Assembly: GCF_001194135.2 (NCBI RefSeq)
Contig: NC_068985.1
Location: forward strand, 101,369,515 to 101,433,514
Length of the DNA stretch: 64,000 nucleotides
Source of the DNA: Octopus bimaculoides
Lineage: Eukaryota
Direction of reading: 5' to 3'
The first letter of the stretch is position 1; each line of letters starts with the position of its first letter. The notes under the pieces were generated by a model, which was given only the letters and a program-made list of their open reading frames with translations, was not told the origin of the DNA and ran no database searches. Positions 54,426 to 64,000 of the stretch are shown one piece after another. The position numbers and the translations under genes are program-made.

Positions 54426-55096
54426 AAGACATGATAGAGTTGGTAAATACACACAGATATGCAGACCAGACACACATGGACGCACACATACACATACACA
54501 CTACACACAGAGATAATATATAAGAAATCAAAAGCTTAATCTGGAAAGTACCACAGTTCAAAATATAAAGAAATCCCCATGCTTTCAAATTAAGTTTTTG
54601 TATACCAGCTATGTAATTTCTAATTTAAAAGCAATGACAGCATGCAAGGTTTACTAGAACATAAATTCCAAAGCAGTCCTCCTGACATTTTTCAATTCCA
54701 TTCTACCATCAATCGGGATATCTATAAATTACTGTTGATCCTAGTAGCACTTACACAAAATATTCAAGTACCACCCTCAACTTAGAGTACTTGAAAGATA
54801 AGTTCAACGCTATGTTCTTAAATTTTACCAATTCACTAAATGAAACTTATGTTCAGACAGATATTTCCTCACACACTTATACACAAATACACTAACACAT
54901 TGTAGGAACACCCTCATCTATAACACCTCCCGAACACTGAAACACAAATCAGAGATATCAATCATACGAGAAACATACAGACACCCACAAGGTGGACACA
55001 CAAATAGAAGAAAAACAATCATAAAGACACTCACTGTTTTCACACAGACACTATTATTTTCTAAACAAAAAAATAGACAGATAAAAATAGTTCTAG

Positions 55097-55300
55097 CTAA
55101 CACCGTATAGACACAAAAAACATTGCGATGAGAAATTTCCAAACCTGTTGGCTATGAAAATCAAAAGTTACCAACAGCTTTAACAAGTTATCGATAGCAT
55201 TTATAAAAGACGACAGAGAATCAATAGCTGCTGTGAATGTTACATAGTAACCGTTAAAAATGCTATGTACGCCGCTTGATTTCCTCGGATTTCTTCTTGA
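55097..55300 (-). pseudogene. Possible remnant of a DNA-transposon accessory ORF (SAMD3-like C-terminal family)
   Basis: FNGYYVTFTAAIDSLSSFINAIDNLLKLLVTFDFHSQQVWKFLIAMFF fits YV......SF..A+D...K....F++.Y...S..VW.F+...FF; recognised from memory only. Confidence 0.35.
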
Positions 55301-55759
55301 CAGTATGTTGCTTGCTATCAACGACGAAAACCCCATACATAAATAAACATTACTCGAGCTCATATAACAAATAAATACATAGAAACAATCGAATAAAATT
55401 TATGTTACGCACAGGGGGGCGCCAACTCAAGTACGATTCGAAACCATTTTATAAGACATGTGCATACGCCCAATCCTCAGCCACACACGCAAACCCGATC
55501 AGACACAATGTTCCTAACCAAACACTTTAACGTTCTCTCTTTTCATTTTACGCCCTAAAATCGTAGACTTCTTTGTAACATTTGCAGTTTACTCACATGG
55601 GATGAAAATATTCAGCGTATGATATTCCCTTAGTTACTTATGATTTTTGCTCGTTTCTTTTCTTTTATGTTTGGCATTATTCATATAGATGCCTGTGTAC
55701 AAGTACACACATATGCACACAAATATTGTGCTACCGATTATTACAGTTCGATGATTGTT

Positions 55760-55766
55760 ATTATTA

Positions 55767-55856
<90 letters not shown>
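55760..55856. repeat. (ATT)n microsatellite
   Basis: Seen directly; further (ATT)n arrays at 56167-56232 and 57290-57470. Confidence 0.95.
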
Positions 55857-55858
<2 letters not shown>

Positions 55859-56164
55859 TAGTTTTATTTTTATAACGTGCTTTCACTGCACTACCGAGCA
55901 CAGCTCTGTGTGCCTTGGGTATGTGCTGTGGTTTGCTGTGATGCTCTTATGATTACTGTTTTGCAAGTGTTTTGCGTAGGATGTGTTCAATTTTCTGTAT
56001 GTTATGTATATTTGTTAGTCCTGGTGTTTTTGTTATGTATGTGTTTGAATATTTTTTATCATACCTAATGCGCCTACTATGATAAGAATTGTTTCTGTTT
56101 TTAGATTTCACATTCGAGTTACCTCTATTTCCAGATCTTTGTATTTTGAAAGTTTCTCCATTTC

Positions 56165-56165
<1 letters not shown>
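55856..56165 (-). mobile_element. 5'-truncated R4/Dong-type element, ORF end plus 3' UTR
   Basis: KEMEKLSKYKDLEIEVTRM*NLKTETILIIVGALGMIK (cf. KE.EK++KY.DL..E+.R+W......P+++GALG); 3' UTR shared with positions 1-85; ATT arrays on both sides. Confidence 0.9.
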
Positions 56166-56235
<70 letters not shown>

Positions 56236-56239
56236 CATT

Positions 56240-57282
56240 TTCTTTCTTTTTAGCCTTATCTTTCAAGTGCTTTCACTTGCACTATTGAACGCAGCTCTGT
56301 GTGTCTTATTTATTTCTTTGGTAAATCCGTCCACTGACCATAGTAATATTTTGCAGCTGTTTATCACATGTAGCGTACAGTTTTAGGTCATCAATATACA
56401 AGAGATGGTTGATTATTTTGGCATAACAGTTGTATCCACATCCAATTCTGTTTAGCATGTGAGATAAAGGTGTCTGTGCTAAGCAGAATACGAGTGGAGA
56501 GAGCACGTCTCCCTGAAATATTCCTCTTCTAATGGGGACGGCTTTGGTTTTTACGAGTCTCTCTTTTGTCTGGAGATGTAGCACTGTTTGCCATTTATTC
56601 ATGGAATGTTTTATATATTTTATAATTATTGGTGCTACTTTGTTCATGGCTAGTCTTTCTACCATATGTGTGTAGAATACTATCAGAAGCCTTTTCCATA
56701 ATCGATCCATGTCATACTTAGATTCTTCTTCTTTCTTCGGCTGTCTTCAGTTATTACTTTATTGATCAGTTACTGATCTTTATAGTCGTATGGGCCCTTG
56801 CAGCATCCCTTCTGCTCTTCTGGAAACAGGATATTTTTCTTTCAGATATTTGCCCATTCTCTGCGATATAATTTAAATAAAGGCTTTTTGAATTGTAAGA
56901 AAAGACAAGTTATCGGACTGTAATTTTGTGGATTTGCGGTTTCAGTGGATTTGGGTATGAGGATAATTTTCCCTTCCTTGCGCTATTTAGGCATTGTCTG
57001 TGGCTCTGGTAATGTTTCATTATATTTCTCAGCCAGCGTTTTTTTTTTATATATTTTAACCATAAGTTGGGGATCTTGTAATGTCGGGTGCCTTCCAGTT
57101 GCCTCTTCATTTTCTATAGGAGTCCAGAGTTGTTCAAGCGCTGTGTCTGTTATTTCTATAGATCTGAGATTGTACCTTAGCCGACCATATTCCTTTTCAA
57201 ACTTCTTCCACTTCTTCTGCTGTTGGTGCTGCATTGATCTCTATTTTGCCAAGTTCTTGGTATAATCTTTTGGGGTTTGAAT
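56240..57282 (-). mobile_element. R4/Dong-type reverse transcriptase fragment, internally deleted
   Basis: NPKRLYQELGK...GKIILIPK..NYSPITCL..EEQKGC..NLSMTWIDYGK...IRRGIFQGDVLSPLVFCLA..INHLLYIDDLKLYA, then a direct jump to a 3' UTR variant (gacacacagagctgcgttcaatagtgcaagtgaaagcac) and AAT repeats. Confidence 0.92.
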
Positions 57283-57289
57283 CGTGCTG

Positions 57290-57602
<313 letters not shown>

Positions 57603-58339
57603 GGAAAATACGCTGCTGTTAACTCATATACAAAGGTAATGCATTTAAGAAAGTGGGAAGATGCTGTATAGAAAGAATATAAATATGTTAATTGTCAGAG
57701 ACATAGTTTACCGATTGGTCTATTGTTATCTAGGTATTCTTTTAACTAAGATATATTTAATTTCAAGTAGGCGCAGATATGTGCGTATAACTATAAAACG
57801 TAGAACGGTGAACCAACAGTGGGTCACCGTATATAGTGTTTAAGCGACAATAATCTCTATTCATAACAAACAATAATGTATTAATAAAAGAATATATATT
57901 TGAACGAAAAATGCACAAATACACAAATATAAACATATGTATAAAATATATGTAAAAACGCATGTATTCTTTTCCGTGTATTGTCTTTACATATAAATTG
58001 CAATTAGATATTTATAATAATATAATTCCATGAGAACGCCTACCTATTTTGTCAAACAATGTCTATTCACGCTGATATCATAAAATGTCGTGCATTGACG
58101 AAATAATCTGAGTGCAGTATATCGCTTTTATATAGCTTGTGAATTATTAGATCTTGAATATATATAGGTACATATTACAATGCTGACTCTTAAACAAGTT
58201 TATTTAATTTCTCGTTTTGTCCCCGCAAATACATTTTTCAAACGCAGGTGTTTATTTCCTTTCTTTGGTGAACAGTAAAACGAACTTCCTATATTATCTT
58301 AAATAATATGACAGGAGAAATAGAGGTGGTAACCTGGAA

Positions 58340-58520
58340 GAATAGTTAGCATGCCAGACACATTCATACTGGTGTTTCTTCTGTTCGGGGTTGAAATGCC
58401 GCCGAGGTCGACTTTCCTTTTCATAACATTTTAAGGTCGATAAGTACCAGTTGAACACTGGGTTGATAGAACTGGGCACTAAACTGCTGGCCTTGTGCCG
58501 AGATTTGAAGCCAACATTGG
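58340..58520 (+). mobile_element. SINE family A, diverged
   Basis: gttgaaatgccgccgaggtcgactttccttttcat..gtcgataagtaccagttgaacactggg..ctgctggccttgtgccga. Confidence 0.75.
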
Positions 58521-58879
58521 AAGAGAGATAGATTATTATCGCAATCATTTTGTAAGTTATGACTGAATGCCAGACCTGCTCCTTATCTCACCTATTTAAG
58601 AACAGAATGACATGAAACGGATGACAGTCAATAAATGTACTCATAAATATTATGGTAACAACATATTGTTATTAAAACTATGAAATTTCACATATATTTC
58701 ACGAAAATAGCGTGCACAGATTTCACGAAGTAACATTTCACATTTAGCAGCTGTATCAAAATAAAGTTTATATGGAAAATTAATATTCCAAAGAATAACA
58801 TATTTCTATTTATTTACTTTTGCTTTCTGTCGCGTTTCTTGTGGTATGATGGACACCAACGAGGAGATCATTACTGGTA

Positions 58880-59060
58880 GCAGATAGCTACTTTCCTCTA
58901 TCATTCGTGCAATATGCAGTATGGGAAGTGATGGGACGACCGATTTGAGACGACCACTTGCCAGTTGAGCAGGTCCCACTTTTCTTTGTTCGTCTTGCGA
59001 CTAGTCCGGCCCACCAGGAATTATGTTCTCAATATTCTGCGTTTACATCTTTCCCTTAAA
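58880..59060 (-). mobile_element. Possible RTE LINE C-terminal fragment
   Basis: SWWAGLVARRTKKSGT..KWSSQIGRP (cf. WRWAGHVARR.D.RW...W.P...GRP). Confidence 0.4.
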
Positions 59061-62000
59061 TCTATTTTCGAATTATCACATTAAAAATATACCTTCTGAA
59101 TGATATTTCTAGAATGGATGTTTCCTTGACTCTTTGCACCGAAACCAATCGATGTTCTATCCGTTAAAATAGCCAAGTTCTCATTTGCTTATAATCACGC
59201 AAATAGTACGGTTCTAATGAAAGATCTGGCACTAGTGATATTGTCTATCTTCGTTTTATAGAGGTAAACGCGTTACATACGTAGTTAGCTTTAGATACTC
59301 GCGTAGATATATATTCATAATTTGCGATGCTGTTATGCTGTAGAAAATAAATGTGGTCGAAAGATTTCTCATTAGAATCTTTTAAATAATAAGTTTGCTG
59401 TACTTTATCAAAAGTAATACTAAGTTCATATTAACTAAAGTGCAACAAAATTAGAATGTTATTGAACCAATTTTATTCATAAGATATCTAACCAACACCG
59501 AATTAATCAAAGACAAATTTGAACAGGGAGAGACTTGAAATCGGAAAGTAAAGACGGAGTAGAAACACCTCTAAATAATTTATTCGATGAGGTAATGATT
59601 CTGTTCTCTTAACAAGGTTAATAATGCTTTCTAATCAGGAACAACATTCTCTTGAAAAATTTTTAAAATTTGAATTCATTAATGAAATCAGCATCTCAAC
59701 GCCTCTTTCCTTCTCAGTATTTCTTTGTCTCTCTCTCTCTCTCCCCATTCTGTGTGCATATATATNNNNNNNNNNNNNNNNNNNNNNNNNNNNNNNNNNN
59801 NNNNNNNNNNNNNNNNNNNNNNNNNNNNNNNNNNNNNNNNNNNNNNNNNNNNNNNNNNNNCGTGTAAGTGAATATATGATATATGTAGCATTATATTCCG
59901 CATAGCTGCTTATTTTTATTTTTTGATGTGTGTATATGTGTTCCAGTATCTATGCGTGTGTCTGCGTGTGTGTATGTATGTGTTTGTGCATTGACGTATA
60001 TTTATATACTTATTGTATCGTGCATCTTTCATCAGCGATAGTGACATTTTTCGGACTTAAAATTCAATAAAAATCAATCAGTATTTTCTTCCAAAATTTT
60101 GCTCAATTTATTCTCAGAATTATTATTGATTTCATTTTTCCTGCATATATGGAAATAATCGCCCATTAACAAGTATTTATTCTGATATGAAAATAATGCA
60201 TCGATTCAATTCTAATTGGTAATGCATTTTTCTTCTTTAAATTTTAATTTTAAAATAATTCAAAGCCTTCTAATAACTGCTTACTGTCGAAATTTTTACA
60301 CATGCATGATAATAATGTTTTGCTTTTTTTTTCCTTGATTGCAATAAAGCAGAAGTAATATTAAAAAAAAAAATCTCCTATTAAATTGGATACGACAATT
60401 AAATTATTTGACATAATTTTATACATATCAACGCCATTGTATCTGTGGAAACTGTTAACAAAAAATTTAAAAAATAGACATAAAGCAAATGTGTAGGTTG
60501 AAGAATCGTTAGTTAGTATCCATTCATTTGCGCTGAAGCCGTATATTACATGCAGCATGAACAATTTCTAGCCTGCATTAATTGGCAGTAAACATGTCTA
60601 AGAATAATAGACAAAGAAAAATATTAAATGAGGTAGATTAGAACAATGCATTAGCTAGAATTATATGTTGGTTAGTATTCACTGCTAAGATTGAATGTTC
60701 TCACAAAAGAATACGAGGAAGACATTGCCATGAATGGGGAAAAATAATGATTTCTTTGAATTTTAGCTTGTATATTATCGACAATATTATATTGTTGACA
60801 ATGATTGCAATCTGGTAAAAAAAACAGAGTACTAGTTTCTAAAAAAGTTATTCTTTACATAATAAATACGAGAATTGTAATATTTATGGTTATTAACTTG
60901 AATAAAAGCATCAAAATTAAGGTGAAATCATCGTACACTTATTCACAAGAGAACATATAAAGGAAAATAATGAATAATGTATTATGTATAACATTTGATT
61001 TTTGATGTGCATTAGATAACAGGAATATTATTTCGAAGGGCAACCTTTTGTTTTATATGCTATCGATAACATATTTATCATTAATATACTATGATAAATG
61101 TAATCGACCTACCCGCATAGTTACCACTTTGACTAGTTGTACTGAAGATATTAGTCCTTATAATTAAACGATGATTATGTATGTAATGTGAGCCGAACGT
61201 CTCTCTTGGATACCATGTTGTTTTGTATTCACTTTGTACCGAACAATTGTAATAGACTTTGTAAAGTAATCGAGTCCGTATAGAGTATTTCAGCATCGTA
61301 TCATCATAATCTGAGGTTCGTAGCCGGCATTATAAGATGGCTACATACACATGCATTATTTGAAATTTACTAACACATCTCCAAAGACTCGCATACACAA
61401 CTGCACATAAACATCTGCTATGGTTTTACAAGAATAGGTGTAATTGTGACTTCGATGTTCCTGCTTTGTTAGTTTGCGTCGAAATCACAGCCCAGAGAAT
61501 TCGAATAGATACAAATTGTCAAGTCGTTGTCATCCTAAATCTTGTATACATATAATACACTCTCTCTGCTAGAAAATATAAATGTGTTCACATTTATATT
61601 CACACACACACACATACACACACACACACACACCCATACACACACACACACACACACACATGCACATTTCTCAGGTGAGAAATCTATTTTAATCTATTTC
61701 TGTTTATTGCATTTTGACACTTACTCGCATACTCACACATCTACGTGTGCGTTTGTGTTTGTATGTGTGTGTATGTGTGTGTGTGTGTGTATGTGAGAGT
61801 ATGTGATAAGGCTCATGTACACAGTGTTATTACCTACTGTTGCAAACTTCTCGTGGAATAAATTGAATGTTGTGATATAGCGTACGAATGATTGCCCTCT
61901 CAGTTCACAAAGCTGTATATCAATGTGATTACTGAAAGAAGGTCATTGGTAGTAATGAAAGCTGGTGGTACAGAATTTGGAGATTTAGACGANNNNNNNN

Positions 62001-62504
62001 NNNNNNNNNNNNNNNNNNNNNNNNNNNNNNNNNNNNNNNNNNNNNNNNNNNNNNNNNNNNNNNNNNNNNNNNNNNNNNNNNNNNNNNNNNNNNNNNNNNN
62101 NNNNNNNNNNNNNNNNNNNNNNNNNNNNNNNNNNNNNNNNNNNNNNNNNNNNNNNNNNNNNNNNNNNNNNNNNNNNNNNNNNNNNNNNNNNNNNNNNNNN
62201 NNNNNNNNNNNNNNNNNNNNNNNNNNNNNNNNNNNNNNNNNNNNNNNNNNNNNNNNNNNNNNNNNNNNNNNNNNNNNNNNNNNNNNNNNNNNNNNNNNNN
62301 NNNNNNNNNNNNNNNNNNNNNNNNNNNNNNNNNNNNNNNNNNNNNNNNNNNNNNNNNNNNNNNNNNNNNNNNNNNNNNNNNNNNNNNNNNNNNNNNNNNN
62401 NNNNNNNNNNNNNNNNNNNNNNNGTGTGTATTATATTATATTATATTATACATACATATATATACATACATACATACATACATACATACATACATACACA
62501 TTTA

Positions 62505-62635
62505 TACGACTGGCTTCTTTCAGTTTCCGTCTTCCAGATCCACTCCCAATGCTTTGATATTCCAGAGGCTGGAATGGCCAGCGCTGAACGGTGTGAGATT
62601 GGATGTGAAGCAAACTACACGGTCACACATCACCT

Positions 62636-62640
<5 letters not shown>
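62505..62640 (-). mobile_element. SINE family B fragment
   Basis: ggcttctttcagtttccgtcttccagatccactcccaatgcttt matches 34755-34800. Confidence 0.65.
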
Positions 62641-62694
<54 letters not shown>

Positions 62695-62747
62695 CATATC
62701 TCTCTCTCTCTCTCTCTCCCTCTCTCTCTGTATATATATATATACAC

Positions 62748-62785
<38 letters not shown>

Positions 62786-63209
62786 TATAATTCAAATTGA
62801 TGCATATATATGAGAACGTCTGTGCTGTGTGTGCGTGTGTATGTGTTTAGTGAATGTAATTTAATGGACATTGCCGACTTATCAGCTCTCAGTTAAACCA
62901 TCTAAACCAGGGCATCATGGAAACAGAAGTTAATCGATGATGATGATCATCATCACAATCATGAGGACATAACTGTTGTAGAAACGTTGTACAATCTTGT
63001 ATGTAATCAGTCTTCTGTAACAATAGCAATGACAAATGTTGAATGGTCAAATGATATCCACCTTTTCTGGTACGTACAATTCTATTTCTCTACAGCATTG
63101 CATATTATAGGAGAGGAAAGAAAAAACAACACAAAAGTAATGTACTGGTGTTACAGATTTCTTCGACCACGTTGTCACTTCAGTTAGTTATCTTAATATT
63201 TCGCTGTAT

Positions 63210-63312
63210 TTCCCTCGAGTTCGACTTCATCTTTCATTTCGGGGTCGATAAATTAAGTATCAGTTGACTGGTCCTCTCCCCAAAAATTTTCGGGGGTTAC
63301 GCCTAGAGCAGA
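63210..63312 (+). mobile_element. SINE family A fragment
   Basis: cctcgagttcgacttcatctttcatttcggggtcgataaattaagtatcagttgactggtcctctcccc..gcctagag. Confidence 0.7.
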
Positions 63313-64000
63313 AAATAATATTTCACTGTATTTCAGATTGCACTGAAGCAGTAATAAAGATTCTGTAACAAAAGTATTTTGTTTAGCATGCCAAAAATAT
63401 CAGGGCTACCATAGTATTTATATTTACAATCTCCAGCATCGTTAGCTTGAGGAATAATCTATCAGCTCAAAATAGAATATAACCGGTATATAGTTATCAT
63501 TACAAAGAAATTTAGTTGATAGATCATTTTATGAAATTATTCTTTGATGAATAATATTTTGCTAATTTAATTTAAGACTAGTGGGATCCGCAGAAATTCT
63601 ACAGAACGAGAAACATTAAGACAAGCTCTTTAAGGATGCACGGATGATTTGCATTTTTATATTTATTTTCCTTAATTATTTCACTTCCAGTTATAATAAT
63701 ATATCCTATGATTTTAAATTTTGCCTCTGCTAAGCATTTTATATTCTTCACTTTCTCTTCAATTATTTAACAAATTTGTAACCATGTAATTCATCTCTCT
63801 ATGTTTTAGCATTTTTCTCTTTCTTTTCGCGTGTCACTTCCATTATCCACACCATAATGCATCGGCTGCTTATCTGCACTCTCACTCGCTCTCACATTAC
63901 CACTTCTTCTCTCTCACTCAAGCTCTTCCTCCTCCTCCTCTCTAAGAAACTATAACATTCTTCAGCGAACAGGTAGGATAATAATATTTTCTACTCTAGG

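Noticed and set aside
55405-55425. cacaggggggcgcc, CTCF-like
   Set aside because: Several mismatches to the core consensus; a single occurrence without supporting context.

Overview
This is AT-rich eukaryotic, repeat-dominated DNA from a scaffolded assembly, and almost every N-gap is flanked by (TA)n, (GA)n or (CA)n. The dominant interspersed repeats resemble the tRNA-derived SINEs I recall from octopus genomes, so a coleoid cephalopod intron or intergenic region is my inference. I found no host protein-coding gene I can name, no true tRNA/rRNA gene, and no CRISPR or prokaryotic system. Most ORF-track entries are microsatellite or N-gap artefacts. Recognisable coding remnants are all transposon-derived: R4/Dong-type non-LTR fragments (six, nearly all abutting AAT-type microsatellites), Penelope-like RT and GIY-YIG fragments, CR1/L2 and RTE fragments, and mariner/Tc1 remnants. 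The most notable structures are: a ~1 kb fold-back palindrome (2370-3379); a mariner derivative made of two facing 5' ends (23622-24494); a MITE-like element with ~95 bp TIRs (52968-53530); Penelope-type minimal hammerhead ribozyme motifs (best at 37561-37597); and a near-identical 426 bp inverted duplication joined to a Penelope terminus, which may be an allelic assembly artefact. All alignments, counts and family assignments were made by eye and from memory, not by database search.
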